Shown: positions 33,602 to 45,096 of the stretch, in pieces
Layout of the letters: every line of letters starts with the position of its first letter
Numbering within the stretch: position 1 is the stretch's first letter
Source: Nitrospinales bacterium
GTDB taxonomy: Bacteria > Nitrospinota > Nitrospinia > Nitrospinales > VA-1
Assembly: GCA_965223795.1 (NCBI GenBank)
Contig: CBDCXL010000002.1
Location: forward strand, 1,344,001 to 1,408,000
Direction: 5' to 3'
Length of the DNA: 64,000 bases
The notes under the pieces: model-generated
Told to the model about the DNA's origin: nothing
What the model saw: only the letters and a program-made list of their open reading frames with translations
Database searches by the model: none
Position numbers and translations under genes: made by a program

Positions 33602-36600
33602 CTACAGAGCGGTTCTTAAGAATTTGTCGATGAGTTTGCGGTAGAACGCCCGCACCTGTTTTGTCGTTGCGTCGTAATCCGCCATGAGACGCGGGCCGAT
33701 GCCGCCGGCATCCGAGTCCGCGTACCCCAGCAGTTTACCCAGAGAAGCCAGTGAATCGGCGTCTTTGGGAAGGTGGTTGGTGGAAGGATCGCTCTGGATG
33801 CGCAGCGCGCATTCCAGATTTCTCAGGAACAGGTAGTTTCCGCGAATCTGCTCAGCGTCTTTTTGATCGAGCATTCCGTAAGCGTCCATCTGTTTCAGCA
33901 CATCCAGTGTCGGGGTCAGGCGCAGGCCGGGGTTCTGCCTCCCGTGCATGAGCTGCAGGATCTGCAGCGCGAACTCGATGTCCACGATGCCGCCATATCC
34001 GAGCTTGACGTTTTTTCCCCGCCTGGCTTCACGGGCCAGCTCCTTTTCCATGCGCTCCCGCAAGCGGGATATTTCGATGAGCGATCCGTAATCGAGTTTC
34101 TGTCCGTAGATGAACGCGTGCGCCTGCTTTATGAATTTTTTCCCCAGTGCTTCGCTGCCGGCAATGAACCGCAGCCGGATCATGGCCTGGCGTTCCCAGA
34201 TGCGGGCGCGGTTTTCGAAATACGCCTGATACCCCTTGATGGAATGGGCCAGTGTCCCGCGGCTGCCGTCGGGACGCAGGTCGGTGTCGAGTTCATAAGC
34301 AATGCCCGCTTCCGTTCTCTCGGCGGTGAACTTGTGAATCCACTGGCACCACGACACGTAGTGATCCATGAGCTTTTCTTTTGGAAAACCGGTGTCGTCC
34401 GTTTCCGGTTCGTCGAACACGTAGACGATATCGAGATCGGAGCCGAAATTGAGCTCGCTGCCGCCGAGCTTGCCCAGACCGAAGACCGCCAAATCCCGTG
34501 GCAGCGGCGCCGCGCCGCCGGATTGTTTGACGAGTTCTTCATAAGCGAGTTCGGTGACGCATTTGAGATACACTTCGGCGAGGTCCGACAGATCTTCAAG
34601 GGTGCCGGTGAGATCCGATTCCTTGATCAAAAACCGCAGACCGATGCGCACCTCCTCGCTCTGCTTGAAGCGGCGCAGGGCGTTTTTCACGGCGTCGACG
34701 CTGTTCAGGCCGCGCAGGTTTTTTTTCAGGTCTTTGCTGATTTTTCCCGGCGGCTTGTAGCGGTAAATCGCCTCCAGGTTCATGAGCACATCGACGAGAC
34801 CGGGCTGCTTCACCAGAGTGTTGGAAAGGTACTCGCCGCTGCCGAAAAGAATGAGAAACAGTTCGAGAATTTTTTCGTGGCTGCGGAACAGGTTGAGGTA
34901 CGCATCGCGGGCGCGGCTCGCCTCCAAAAACTTGACCAGGTTCTCCACGGCGGCGTTGGGCTTGGGGATGCGCTGGCAGTGATCGAGAATCTGCGGCAGA
35001 CAGGCGTAAAAATCCTGGATGCTTTTTTCACTGGGATGCGAAAATTCCGGCCCGTCTCGCAGCGCTTTTAAAAAACGCAGCGCCTGCCCGGAATCGCTGA
35101 ACCCGCGGCCCGCCAGAAGTTTTTCCGTGAGTTCCAGGCGGGCGTCGGCAGTGGGATCGGCGTCGGCTTTCTGCTCGGCTTCGCGTTTTTCCTTATCCGC
35201 AAAAAGATTGGCGAACATCCTGCCCACCCGTTGCGTGTGATCCTGAAACTGCTGCAGCAGTTTCTGTCCCAACTCGTGCGCCGTCCCATCGCTCAACCCC
35301 ATCTTGCGCGCGAGCACGGCGAGCTTGGCGTCGTCTTTCGGAAGCACGTGCGTCTGCAGGCCGAAAGAAATCTGCACGCGGTTCTCCAGGTTGCGCAGAA
35401 AAATATAGGCGGCTTTCAGGTCGTCGTGATCCTGATCGTAAAGGTACTTCGCCTCGCGCAGTTTCGCCAGCAAGGCGAGTGTGTTTTTCACCCTAAGCCC
35501 CGGTTGCCGTCCGCCGAACAGCAGCTGGTACGCCTGCACGATGAATTCGATTTCACGGATGCCGCCGAAGCCCAGCTTGATGTCTCCCTTGCCGGTTTTT
35601 TTTCCCTTGAGGCTGGCGTTGATCTTTTGCTTCATCGCCTTGATCTCTTCGATGGCGGAAAAATCCAGCGTGCGGCGGTAGATGAACGGCTCCATGAGCT
35701 TGAAAAATTCATTTCCGAGCGCGATGCTGCCGGCGCAGACTCTGGCCTTCAACATGGCCTGGCGTTCCCAGGTCCGTCCCCAGGACTGGTAGTACACCTC
35801 GCAGCTGGCGAGCGAATTGGCGATCTCGCCGCTTTTGCCTTCGGGTCTTAAATCCAGATCGACGCGAAACACGTTGCCTTCGGGTGTGATCTCATTCAGG
35901 GTGCGGGTCAGCTGCTGCGAAAGCTTGGTGAAGTATTCGTGGTTGCTGATGCGGATGCCCTCTTCCTTGCCGGGTTCGGGACGGGTCTCGCCCAGGCTCG
36001 AGGTGTAGATGTAGATGAGGTCGATGTCGGAGCTGAAATTGAGTTCCTGCCCGCCGAGCTTGCCCATGCCGAGGATGGTGAACTCCGACTCGAGCCAGTT
36101 GCCCTCCGGATCCTGATACACGGGAACGCCGTATTTTTCGCGGCACTCCTTGTCGGCCTGTTCGTAGGCGATTTGCAGGCACACGTCGGCGAGATTGGAG
36201 ATGTCGCGCACGGTTTCGCGCATCGGCGCTTTGCCGAGCAGATCGCGCAGCCCGATGCGGATGTATTCTCTTTTTTTGAACCGGCGCAGGTGCGTGGACA
36301 CGCCGGCGCCGGACGTTTCGCCGCCCGCCAGTTCGTAAAAATCGCGCATCAGGGAGTCTTTCGACCGGGTCTGGTTCAGCACTTCCGGTTTCTTGAGCCA
36401 GTCGAAATGCCCGGGGTCCTTGAGCAGCGTGTCGGTGAGCACCTGGCTGCCGGAAAACAGGGTCACCAAGGCGTGCAGCAGATCGGGAGATTTTTCCAGC
36501 AGCGTGTAAAAATAATTCTGATCGAAAATCTTGGCGGCGAAGCGTTCGAAATTGCTGAGCGCCAGATCGGCGTCGTAGGATCGGGACAGCTCCTGCAAAA

Positions 36601-36778
36601 ACGCCGGGAAAAAACCGGGGAACAGGCCGGGAAAATCGAGCGGCCGGGCGAGCTGCAATAAAATCCCCCAGGCTTTTTTTGCATCCTGGAACGCAAGCGG
36701 CTGTAACGACTCCGCCAGCCGGTCCTCCCAGGGAGCCTGCGCATAAAGCAGGGACAAGGATTCGTGTTTCAGATTCAT
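33602..36778 (-). CDS. glnE: Glutamine synthetase adenylyltransferase/deadenylase
   Basis: Two nucleotidyltransferase modules (GKLGGQELNFSSDIDL and GKLGGSELNFGSDLD), DLRPEG, WERQA and GGIREIEF. Confidence 0.95.
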   Translation of the reverse strand: MNLKHESLSLLYAQAPWEDRLAESLQPLAFQDAKKAWGILLQLARPLDFPGLFPGFFPAFLQELSRSYDADLALSNFERFAAKIFDQNYFYTLLEKSPDLLHALVTLFSGSQVLTDTLLKDPGHFDWLKKPEVLNQTRSKDSLMRDFYELAGGETSGAGVSTHLRRFKKREYIRIGLRDLLGKAPMRETVRDISNLADVCLQIAYEQADKECREKYGVPVYQDPEGNWLESEFTILGMGKLGGQELNFSSDIDLIYIYTSSLGETRPEPGKEEGIRISNHEYFTKLSQQLTRTLNEITPEGNVFRVDLDLRPEGKSGEIANSLASCEVYYQSWGRTWERQAMLKARVCAGSIALGNEFFKLMEPFIYRRTLDFSAIEEIKAMKQKINASLKGKKTGKGDIKLGFGGIREIEFIVQAYQLLFGGRQPGLRVKNTLALLAKLREAKYLYDQDHDDLKAAYIFLRNLENRVQISFGLQTHVLPKDDAKLAVLARKMGLSDGTAHELGQKLLQQFQDHTQRVGRMFANLFADKEKREAEQKADADPTADARLELTEKLLAGRGFSDSGQALRFLKALRDGPEFSHPSEKSIQDFYACLPQILDHCQRIPKPNAAVENLVKFLEASRARDAYLNLFRSHEKILELFLILFGSGEYLSNTLVKQPGLVDVLMNLEAIYRYKPPGKISKDLKKNLRGLNSVDAVKNALRRFKQSEEVRIGLRFLIKESDLTGTLEDLSDLAEVYLKCVTELAYEELVKQSGGAAPLPRDLAVFGLGKLGGSELNFGSDLDIVYVFDEPETDDTGFPKEKLMDHYVSWCQWIHKFTAERTEAGIAYELDTDLRPDGSRGTLAHSIKGYQAYFENRARIWERQAMIRLRFIAGSEALGKKFIKQAHAFIYGQKLDYGSLIEISRLRERMEKELAREARRGKNVKLGYGGIVDIEFALQILQLMHGRQNPGLRLTPTLDVLKQMDAYGMLDQKDAEQIRGNYLFLRNLECALRIQSDPSTNHLPKDADSLASLGKLLGYADSDAGGIGPRLMADYDATTKQVRAFYRKLIDKFLRTAL

Positions 36779-36878
36779 GGCTCACCGTGCACAAGGCGTG
36801 CGTGATCCCGCGGACCCATTTTTATCAATTCAACCAAACCGGCGCTGCCGTTTTCCCGCGTTCCTGCACCGGCTCTTT

Positions 36879-37664
36879 TCAAGCGAGCCGGCCCGTGAAC
36901 ACCGTCACCGCCTGTCCTGAAAGCAGAACGCGTTCTCCTTCAACGGCGACTTTCACGACGCCGCCGCGGCGGGAAACCTGACAGGCGGTCAATGCGGTTT
37001 TTCCAAGACGCCTGGACCAGAACGGCCCGAGCGTGCAATGGGCGGAACCGGTGACCGGGTCTTCATCGATCCCCGCGGCGGGCGCGAAAAAACGCGAGAC
37101 GAAATCGAATCCGGTTTTCCCGGCGGCGGTGACCATGATGCCGCGAACCGGAAACGAGCGCAAGGCGGTGAAATCCGGCTTGAGCTTTTTAAGTTCCGCC
37201 TCGGAAGCGAGCTCCACCAGAAAATCGGTGCCGTCGCTGCCATAGAGCAGGCCCGGTGCGCCGAGCGCGGCATCCAGACCGGGCGGAGACTCAATGGACG
37301 TCAATTCCTGGGAGGGAAAATCCAGCTCGATCCAGCCGTCTTTGAGAGCCGCGGTCAACAGCCCGCTTCTGGTGTGAAATCGTGCCGCTTCATTTTTCGG
37401 CAGGCGTCCCGATTCCCACAATGCGTGAGCAGAGGCCAGGGTGGCGTGGCCGCACAGGTCCACCTCCACGGCCGGGGTGAACCAGCGCAGAGCGAAACCG
37501 TCCTCTTTTTGTTCGACAAAGGCGGTCTCGGAGAGATTCATCTCCGCGGCCAGGTTCTGCATCCAGCCTTCATCCGCCGCATGATCGAGAAGACAGACGG
37601 CGGCCGGATTGCCTTGAAACGGTTCGCGGGTGAACGCATCCACTTGAAACAGCGCGTGTGACAT
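36879..37664 (-). CDS. PhzF-family isomerase
   Basis: FQVDAF...GNPAAV, EMNLSETAF, EVDLCGHATLA and EDPVTGSAHC. Start set at MSHAL. Confidence 0.92.
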   Translation of the reverse strand: MSHALFQVDAFTREPFQGNPAAVCLLDHAADEGWMQNLAAEMNLSETAFVEQKEDGFALRWFTPAVEVDLCGHATLASAHALWESGRLPKNEAARFHTRSGLLTAALKDGWIELDFPSQELTSIESPPGLDAALGAPGLLYGSDGTDFLVELASEAELKKLKPDFTALRSFPVRGIMVTAAGKTGFDFVSRFFAPAAGIDEDPVTGSAHCTLGPFWSRRLGKTALTACQVSRRGGVVKVAVEGERVLLSGQAVTVFTGRLA

Positions 37665-37711
37665 GAATCGACTCGCAATCGAATAGGGAGACTGCCTGGG
37701 TCGCGGCCGGA

Positions 37712-37750
37712 ATAAAAAACCCCCTGGGGAACGCCCCAAGGGGTTTTTAT
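37712..37750 (-). terminator. Rho-independent terminator after glnA
   Basis: AAAAAACCCCCTGGGG-AACG-CCCCAAGGGGTTTTT hairpin with A/T tracts on both sides. Confidence 0.8.
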
Positions 37751-37784
37751 TATAGCCTGACCCAAAAGTAAACCGGAGGACGCA

Positions 37785-39197
37785 TCAAACGTCGTAGTAC
37801 ATGTAAAACTCCAGAGGATGCGGGCGCAGCCTCAGGTTCGCAATGTCGTTGTCGCGTTTGTAGTCGATCCACCCGTCGATCACATCCTGGGTGAACACGT
37901 CCCCTTTCAATAGAAAGTCGTGGTCTTCTTCCAGTGCGTCCAGCGCCCCTTCGAGGCTGTGCGGCAGCGTCGGGATGCCCTGCAGCTCCTCGGGCCCCAA
38001 TGCGTAGATGTCCTTGTCCAGCGGTTCGCCGGGGTCGATCTTGTTCTCGATGCCGTCGAGCCCCGCCATCAGCATGGCCGAGAAAGCCAGGTAACCGTTG
38101 CAGGACGGGTCGGGAAAGCGCGCTTCCATGCGTTTGGCCTTGGGGCTCGGCGAATACATGGGAATGCGGCAGGCGGCGCTGCGGTTGCGGCTGGAATAGG
38201 CCAGGTTGACCGGCGCTTCGAATCCCGGCACCAGACGCTTGTACGAGTTGGTCGTGGGCGCGGTGAACGCGCAGATGGCGCCGGCGTGCTTCAAGATGCC
38301 GCCGATGTAGTGCAGCCCCAGCTCGCTGAAACCCGCGTATCCGTTGCCCGCGAACAGCGGCTTGCCGTCCTTCCAGATGCTCTGGTGCACGTGCATGCCG
38401 GAACCGTTGTCGCCGTACATGGGTTTGGGCATGAAGGTCGCGGTCTTGCCGTGACGGCGGGCGACGTTCTTGACGATGTATTTGTACCATTTCAGGTTGT
38501 CGGCGCATTTGACGAGCGGCGCGAAACGCATGTCGATCTCGCACTGGCCGCCGGTCGCCACTTCATGATGATGGCACTCCATGGCCAATCCCACTTGCTC
38601 CATGATGAGCATCATCTCGGTGCGCATGTCCTGCAGCGTGTCACTGGGAGACACCGGGAAATAGCCTTCCTTGTGACGCGGCTTGTGGCTCAGGTTGGGG
38701 CCTTCGTCGCGTCCGGTGTTCCAGTTGCCCTCGACCGAGTCCACCGAATAAAACGACCGGTTGTTGGTGGACTCGTAGCGCACGTCGTCGAACACGAAAA
38801 ATTCCGCTTCCGGACCGAAATAGGCGGTGTCGCCGATGCCGGTGGACTTGAGATACGCTTCCGCCTTGTGGGCGATGTTCCTCGGGTCGCGGGTGTAGCG
38901 CTCCTTGGTGATGGGATCGACGATGTTGCACAGCAGACTCACGGTGGGCGCCTGCATGAACGGGTCCATCACCGCGGTCTCCGGATCGGGGATGACGAGC
39001 ATGTCGCTGGCGTTGATCGCCTGCCACCCGCGGATACTGGAACCGTCGAAGCCGAGGCCCTCGTCAAACAGGTGTTCTTCCAGCTCGCTGATGGGGACGG
39101 TAAAATGCTGCCAGGTGCCCAACAGATCCATGAACTTCATGTCCACCATCTGGGCGTTGTTTTTTTTCGCTAAAGCAATGACATCTTTGGGGGCCAT
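37785..39197 (-). CDS. glnA: Glutamine synthetase type I
   Basis: [35 protein letters not shown] and an adenylylation-site DKDIY. Confidence 0.98.
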   Translation of the reverse strand: MAPKDVIALAKKNNAQMVDMKFMDLLGTWQHFTVPISELEEHLFDEGLGFDGSSIRGWQAINASDMLVIPDPETAVMDPFMQAPTVSLLCNIVDPITKERYTRDPRNIAHKAEAYLKSTGIGDTAYFGPEAEFFVFDDVRYESTNNRSFYSVDSVEGNWNTGRDEGPNLSHKPRHKEGYFPVSPSDTLQDMRTEMMLIMEQVGLAMECHHHEVATGGQCEIDMRFAPLVKCADNLKWYKYIVKNVARRHGKTATFMPKPMYGDNGSGMHVHQSIWKDGKPLFAGNGYAGFSELGLHYIGGILKHAGAICAFTAPTTNSYKRLVPGFEAPVNLAYSSRNRSAACRIPMYSPSPKAKRMEARFPDPSCNGYLAFSAMLMAGLDGIENKIDPGEPLDKDIYALGPEELQGIPTLPHSLEGALDALEEDHDFLLKGDVFTQDVIDGWIDYKRDNDIANLRLRPHPLEFYMYYDV

Positions 39198-39256
39198 CGA
39201 ACACTCCTTTATTATGATTTTTCAGATTCCAAAAAAACACGCACTAGGGGAACACG

Positions 39257-39289
39257 AAAAAACCCCCGCCCCGTGCGGAGGCGGAGGGG
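39257..39289 (-). terminator. Terminator-like hairpin between glnB and glnA
   Basis: Minus strand CCCCTCCGCCTCCGCACGGGGCGGGGG followed by TTTTTT. Confidence 0.6.
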
Positions 39290-39343
39290 ATCCCGGAATA
39301 TCGAGACCGGTGAGGGACGCCGGGGAGAGGCGCGGCTCCGCCA

Positions 39344-39697
<354 letters not shown>

Positions 39698-39897
39698 CTA
39701 GATGAACTCGATGATTCGAATTTCGATCAGGGCGCTCCTCCCCCAATTCATTGAAATTCCATAGCACTTACGGAACGCGGATGTCCGCTTCAGGGTTCAC
39801 CGCCGTTCCTGGATGCAGGAACACGCAAACGACGCCGCCCACCGGCGGTGCCACACTCAACAGGCAATTGGACCGATTCCCTTAATTGGCGTAATAA

Positions 39898-39913
39898 TTC
39901 AATTATTGTGCCA
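39898..39913 (-). promoter_or_regulatory. Probable sigma54 promoter for glnB-glnA
   Basis: Minus strand TGGCAC-AATAA-TTGAA, one mismatch from consensus at -12. Confidence 0.55.
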
Positions 39914-40074
39914 ATGGAAGTTTCCCCGTCTCGGGGAAAAGGTCTTGTAAATAATTATTTTTTAAGGGGTTCGAAAATCGATGGAACTATAGCATATCAG
40001 CGTGTTTTTTTCAATTTAGAAGAAATGCCGCTTTTTTCAGCATCGCGCTGAGAAACTGTAAACATTTTAGGCTT

Positions 40075-40722
40075 TTATTGCGCGGCATCGGCGGCATCGG
40101 TGAGGGTGTTGAGGGCGTTTTCCAGCTCGCGCCGTTTTTCTTCCAGAACGTCGCGGTCCGGCCGTGCGGCGAGGTGGATGGGCACTCCGAAATGCAGGCT
40201 GCAGCGGGTGAAGGGACAGGGGAGCAGGAACCGGTCCCAGCTTTGGAGCCGGCGATGGCATTTCGCGCCGTAGGTCATGGGGATGAGCGGCGCCTGGGTG
40301 ATGCCGGCGATCTCCAGGCTTCCGGGCTGCGCGATGCGGGCGGGCCCGCGCGAGCCGTCGGCGATGACGATGATGCGCTGATCCTGTCTGAGTATGCGGA
40401 TGAGCTTGCGGGCGGAGGCCACCGCCTGCTTGTAGGTGGAGCCGCGGATCACCGAGTAGCCCATGAGCTGCGCCAGGCGGGCGAGAAAATCGCCGTCTTT
40501 GCTCGGGCTTATCAGTAGATGCAGGTCGGGCCGGTTGCGGAAGTAAAAAAACAGGTAAAAAATACGGCCGTGCCAGAGGGTCAGGATGTAGCGGCCGGGC
40601 AGGTTCTTGAAATGGTTTTCCTGTTCCGGGTTTTTGTTTCGCACCCTGAGCGTGCGGCACCAGATGTGGGCGAGCGCGTACACCAGATAGGGCAGGACAT
40701 GGTTGTAGAGGAAGCGTTTCAT
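40075..40722 (-). CDS. DUF374 lysophospholipid acyltransferase-family protein (LpxJ-like)
   Basis: LWHGR, ISPSKDGD, IRGST and ADGSRGP; lies after lpxB. Confidence 0.85.
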   Translation of the reverse strand: MKRFLYNHVLPYLVYALAHIWCRTLRVRNKNPEQENHFKNLPGRYILTLWHGRIFYLFFYFRNRPDLHLLISPSKDGDFLARLAQLMGYSVIRGSTYKQAVASARKLIRILRQDQRIIVIADGSRGPARIAQPGSLEIAGITQAPLIPMTYGAKCHRRLQSWDRFLLPCPFTRCSLHFGVPIHLAARPDRDVLEEKRRELENALNTLTDAADAAQ

Positions 40723-41873
40723 CCGCCTTCCCTGTTTGCGGGAAGCGCCGCGGCGATGTTTCCGGCGATCCTGGAGAGAACGCCCGGCTCGCCCAGGCTG
40801 TCGCGCACCGCCAGCAGCCTCTTCCTGAGCGCCGCGCGGCGGTTGTCGTCTTTGAGCACGGTTATCGCATGGTGCGCGATGTTTTCGGGCGTCACCTCCC
40901 CTTGCAGCAATTCGGGCACCACGCGTTCCCCGGCGACGATGTTGATGAGACCGAAGTCCTCCGCCTTGACCAGCAGTTTGGCGAGCACGTAGGTGAGCGG
41001 ATTGAGCCGGTATAAAATCACCATCGGGCAGCCCAGCATCCCCGCTTCCAGCGTGGCCGAGCCGGAGGCGATGACGGCGAAATCCGCGCAGTGCATCACA
41101 TCATACGTCTTGCCGTGGACGAGCCGGATCGCGGTCCCGGCGTTCTCGATGTCCGGGCGGACGAGCCCGGGGTCGATGGAATCGGCCAGCGGCAGCACGA
41201 ACTGGCAGCCGGGGCATTGTTGGCCGATGATTCTGGCCGCGCGCACCATGACGGTGAGCAGCGCGTGGATCTCGTTTTTGCGGCTGCCGGGCAGCAGCGC
41301 CACGGTCCGCCGGTTCGGGTCCAGGTCGAGGGTTTTGACGGCGGTGTCGCGGTCCATCGAAGGTCTCACCAGATCGACGAACGGATGGCCGTGGAACACA
41401 GCGTCGACGCCGGCGTCGCGGTAGAGTTTCTCTTCGAACGGCAGGATCACGTGCATGCGGGTGACGTCGCGGCGGATCTGCTTCATGCGGCCTTTGCGCC
41501 AGGCCCAGATCTGCGGGCCGATGAAATAGTGCACCGGGCAATCGGCGCGTTTCAGGTGCCGGGCCAGCCTCAGATTCAGGGTGGGGTAGTCGATGAGGAT
41601 GGCGGCGTCGAAGCTTCGGCGGCGGATCTTTTTCGTGAGGGTGCGGTACACATCCCAGTAATGCGGCAGCTCGCCGAGGATTTCGGTGACGCCGACGGTG
41701 CCGGTTTTTTCGATGTCGAAGAAGGTTTCGACGCCGGCCGCGCGCATTCTGGCGCCGCCCATGCCGGAAAATTCGACATCGGGGCGGATCGCTTTCAGGG
41801 ATTTTGCCAGGCTCGCGCCGTGCAGGTCGCCGGAGGCTTCCCCGGCGACGATGAGAATCCTGAGGGCCGTCAT
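40719..41873 (-). CDS. lpxB: Lipid-A-disaccharide synthase
   Basis: AGEASGDLHG, PQIWAWR, ILPFE, LLPGSR and ASGSATLE. Confidence 0.96.
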   Translation of the reverse strand: MTALRILIVAGEASGDLHGASLAKSLKAIRPDVEFSGMGGARMRAAGVETFFDIEKTGTVGVTEILGELPHYWDVYRTLTKKIRRRSFDAAILIDYPTLNLRLARHLKRADCPVHYFIGPQIWAWRKGRMKQIRRDVTRMHVILPFEEKLYRDAGVDAVFHGHPFVDLVRPSMDRDTAVKTLDLDPNRRTVALLPGSRKNEIHALLTVMVRAARIIGQQCPGCQFVLPLADSIDPGLVRPDIENAGTAIRLVHGKTYDVMHCADFAVIASGSATLEAGMLGCPMVILYRLNPLTYVLAKLLVKAEDFGLINIVAGERVVPELLQGEVTPENIAHHAITVLKDDNRRAALRKRLLAVRDSLGEPGVLSRIAGNIAAALPANREGG

Positions 41874-41906
41874 GCCGGGTTCACAGGCAGCCGCACGCGC
41901 ACGCCC

Positions 41907-42722
41907 TCACACACACAGGATGGCGAGCCCCGCCGCATCCGCCTTCTCAACGACCGCGGGCTCATCGACCACCATCACGCGGCCCGCTTCCAGACCAACG
42001 GCGCGGGCCTTGCCCGCAATGAGCGTGTCGATGGTTTTGGGACCGATGCCGGGGCTGTCGTAGCGGTAATCCTGGTTCGTGCGGCTCACTTTGACGATGA
42101 CGCATTTCCCTTTGACCAGGGCGCAGCCGCGCTCGATGGCCCTGTCGGTGCCTTCAATGGCTTCGGCGGCGACGACCGTTTTATTCTTGACGATGAGGGT
42201 CTGGCCGATTTCCAGATCGGCGAGCTGCTTCGCGCGCGGCAGCCCGAACTCGATGTCCTCCCGCTCTTCCTTTGTGGGCTGGCGGCGCGTGAGGACGCCC
42301 GCCGGGGGATAGATCTCTTTTAAAAACTCGCGCTGGTCGAGCACCGAGAACCCCTCTTTCTCGACTTCCTCGATCATTCCCAGCATGAGGGTCTTGTCTT
42401 CCAGGCTTTTGGCGTCTTTTAAAAACTTGAGCGTGCGCAGGTCCATCCACTGCGGCCGGAAGACGATGCTCTTGTCGACTTTGCCGAGGATCAGGATGTC
42501 CTTGATGTTTTCGTCTTTCAAGGTCTGCATGATTTTGGAGGCGCGGCCGACGCCGAGAGAGTAGGCTTTTTGTGCGTACGGTTCGAGGCTCGTGCGGATG
42601 GCGTCGGTGAAGCCGATGGAAACGAGCTCGATGCCGTTCTGCGCGGCTTTGCGGGCGAAGTAGAGGGGGATGTCGCCGGAACCGGCGATGAGCCCGATGC
42701 GACGGGTGTTCACGGTGATCAT
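41907..42722 (-). CDS. lpxI: UDP-2,3-diacylglucosamine pyrophosphatase LpxI
   Basis: GLIAGSG.IP, EIGQT and EAIEGTD motifs; position upstream of lpxB. Confidence 0.88.
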   Translation of the reverse strand: MITVNTRRIGLIAGSGDIPLYFARKAAQNGIELVSIGFTDAIRTSLEPYAQKAYSLGVGRASKIMQTLKDENIKDILILGKVDKSIVFRPQWMDLRTLKFLKDAKSLEDKTLMLGMIEEVEKEGFSVLDQREFLKEIYPPAGVLTRRQPTKEEREDIEFGLPRAKQLADLEIGQTLIVKNKTVVAAEAIEGTDRAIERGCALVKGKCVIVKVSRTNQDYRYDSPGIGPKTIDTLIAGKARAVGLEAGRVMVVDEPAVVEKADAAGLAILCV

Positions 42723-42850
42723 GCCTTCCGATTTTTAAACCGTGCTTTCGATTTATTTGACGCCGGCCTTGAACCTTACGAACCGGTTGAACGGCAGATT
42801 CGAAGCGATCACACTTTGTCCGGCTGAATTTCCAGCCGGGGTTCTGCGCC

Positions 42851-43819
42851 TCATGACGGTTGCTGCCGGCTGTTGAACTGATCGAGAATATCCAGGGCGA
42901 TTTCCAGGGAATACAGCTCGTCGTCCACCGCCACCTTGCGCGGGCTGCCGTTTTTCACGCAGTCGATGAAGTGCTGCAATTCCAGTTTCAGGGGATTTTC
43001 CTTGTGCACGAAGATGCGCTCCACCAGCGATTCCTGTTTGTAGCGCAGAGCCCCTTGCTGCAGCTGATGCTCGGAAGAAGACTGCCGGTGCACGTAGATT
43101 TCCTGATCGGTGTAGTCGAGCAGCACATAGGAATCCTTCTGCGTGACGGAAAGGGTGCGCACTTTGTTCTGCGAGGCGCGGCTGGCAAGGATGTTGGCGA
43201 TGCACCTGTTCTCGAATTCGAGCTGCGCGTTGACCAGATCGTCCTTGCCCGAAAACACGGACGCCCCCAGCACGTGCGAGCGGGTGACCTTGGACTTGAT
43301 GAGGTTTAAGATGATGTCGATGTCGTGGATCATGACGTCCAGCACGACGCCGTCGTCGCGGATGCGGTCGCTGAAGGAACTCATGCGCTTGCACTCGACG
43401 AACAGCGGTTCGGTGACGATCTTGTGCAGCTCCTGCACGGCGCCGTTGAACCGCTCGATGTGCCCGATGTGCAGGGTGAGGTCTTTTTCGCCGGCGATGG
43501 CGAACAGCTCGCGCGCCTGGTCGAGGTCGTTGGTGCAGGGTTTTTCCAGCAGCACGTGGATGCCGGCGTTCAGGAGGTCTTTGCCGACGCTGTAGTGCAG
43601 GGAAGTGGGCACGGCGACGACGGCCAGGTCGATGCGGTCCAGAATGTCCTTGTAGTCGGTGAAATGGTCGCAGCCGTATCGTTCGGCGATGGTCTTCGCC
43701 CTTTGCGCATCCACATCGACCACCGCCGTCAGGGTGACTTCCATGATCTGGGACAGGACGCCCACATGGTACTCGCCCATTTTACCCACGCCGATGACGC
43801 CTGCTTTGAGCCCTCCCAT
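42851..43819 (-). CDS. Gfo/Idh/MocA oxidoreductase, GnnA-like
   Basis: GVGKMG, LLEKP, GHIERFN and DVMIHDID; directly after lpxA. Confidence 0.85.
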   Translation of the reverse strand: MGGLKAGVIGVGKMGEYHVGVLSQIMEVTLTAVVDVDAQRAKTIAERYGCDHFTDYKDILDRIDLAVVAVPTSLHYSVGKDLLNAGIHVLLEKPCTNDLDQARELFAIAGEKDLTLHIGHIERFNGAVQELHKIVTEPLFVECKRMSSFSDRIRDDGVVLDVMIHDIDIILNLIKSKVTRSHVLGASVFSGKDDLVNAQLEFENRCIANILASRASQNKVRTLSVTQKDSYVLLDYTDQEIYVHRQSSSEHQLQQGALRYKQESLVERIFVHKENPLKLELQHFIDCVKNGSPRKVAVDDELYSLEIALDILDQFNSRQQPS

Positions 43820-44589
43820 TATTTCGTGATTCCCCGAGATGAGTTTTTAATAAAGTCGATAAGATAACGAATTTCATCCAACATTTCAATTTCGTCCTTT
43901 ATTTTCCCGATCGCCTGCGCGGTGTTGAGTTCGGGCTGCAGAATGAATTTCAACGCCTTCTTCAGGGCGGCGCGCACGTCCGGCTTGAAGTCGCTCCGCC
44001 TGAGCCCCACCGCGTTGGTGCTGACGAGCCGGGCGGGCGCCCCCTCCACCAGGGAAAAGGGCAGGATGTCCTTGCTCACGGCGGACGCGCCGCCGACCAT
44101 GGCGTGTTTGCCGATGCGCACGAACTGGTGCACGCCGACCTGTCCGGACACAAACGCTTTTTCCTCGACCACGACATGGCCCGAAAGGCCGGTGTAGTTG
44201 ACCACGATCACGCGGTCGCCGAGTTCACAATCGTGGGCGATGTGCACGTAGTTCATCAGCATGCACTCGCTGCCGATGGTGGTCGCTCCGTTTTCCTGCG
44301 CGCTGCGGTGGATGGTGGCGTATTCCCGGACCGTGGTGCCGTCACCGATCCGCACCGAGGAAGGAACGTCTTTGAAACCCAGGATCTGCGGCTCGCCGCC
44401 GATGGCCGCACCCTGGAACAAACGGCAGTTCCTGCCGATCTCCGTCCGCGCCTCGATATGAACATGCGGCCCGATCCAGGTGCCGTCGCCGATCTTCACA
44501 TCGGGACCGATGACGGCGAACGGTCCCACGGAGATATCGCTGCCTAACTGGGCGCTGGGATGGATGTCTGCGCTGTTATGAATGGTCAC
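43819..44589 (-). CDS. lpxA: UDP-N-acetylglucosamine acyltransferase
   Basis: Hexapeptide repeats, HIAHDC, VHQFVRIG and NAVGLRR. Confidence 0.96.
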   Translation of the reverse strand: MTIHNSADIHPSAQLGSDISVGPFAVIGPDVKIGDGTWIGPHVHIEARTEIGRNCRLFQGAAIGGEPQILGFKDVPSSVRIGDGTTVREYATIHRSAQENGATTIGSECMLMNYVHIAHDCELGDRVIVVNYTGLSGHVVVEEKAFVSGQVGVHQFVRIGKHAMVGGASAVSKDILPFSLVEGAPARLVSTNAVGLRRSDFKPDVRAALKKALKFILQPELNTAQAIGKIKDEIEMLDEIRYLIDFIKNSSRGITK

Positions 44590-44649
44590 GTTCCGGAACC
44601 GAGACGTTACGCCGCTGCATTCAGGAAGGCGTGCCGGGGGAGGAGAGGA

Positions 44650-45096
44650 TCATTTGCCGGAAGATTCGGCTTTGCCCAGCATGGCCTGCAGCGTGCCTTC
44701 CGCCACCTTGGCGTCGCCGACAAACGCGTTTCCCTCAAAGCGGAACAGGGACCCCCGCTGTTTCACTTTGGTCAGCTCCATCCTGAGGCAATCGCCGGGC
44801 ACCACGGGCTTGCGGAACTTGGCCCCGTCGATACCGGTGAAGAACACCGAACCGTGTCCCTCCATTTTAAGGATTTTAAGAGCCAGAATGCAGCCCACCT
44901 GAGCCATGGACTCGATGATGAGCACGCCGGGCATCACCGGAAACTCGGGGAAGTGCCCCTGGAAAAACGGTTCGTTGACGGTGACGTTCTTGATGCCGAC
45001 GATGCGCGACTCCATGTCGCACTCGATGATCCTGTCGACAAGCAGAAAAGGGTAGCGGTGCGGGATGATGCGCTTGATTTCTTCGATTTCAATCAT
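44650..45096 (-). CDS. fabZ: 3-hydroxyacyl-ACP dehydratase
   Basis: PHRYPFLLVD and FQGHFP..PVMPGVLIIE. Confidence 0.97.
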   Translation of the reverse strand: MIEIEEIKRIIPHRYPFLLVDRIIECDMESRIVGIKNVTVNEPFFQGHFPEFPVMPGVLIIESMAQVGCILALKILKMEGHGSVFFTGIDGAKFRKPVVPGDCLRMELTKVKQRGSLFRFEGNAFVGDAKVAEGTLQAMLGKAESSGK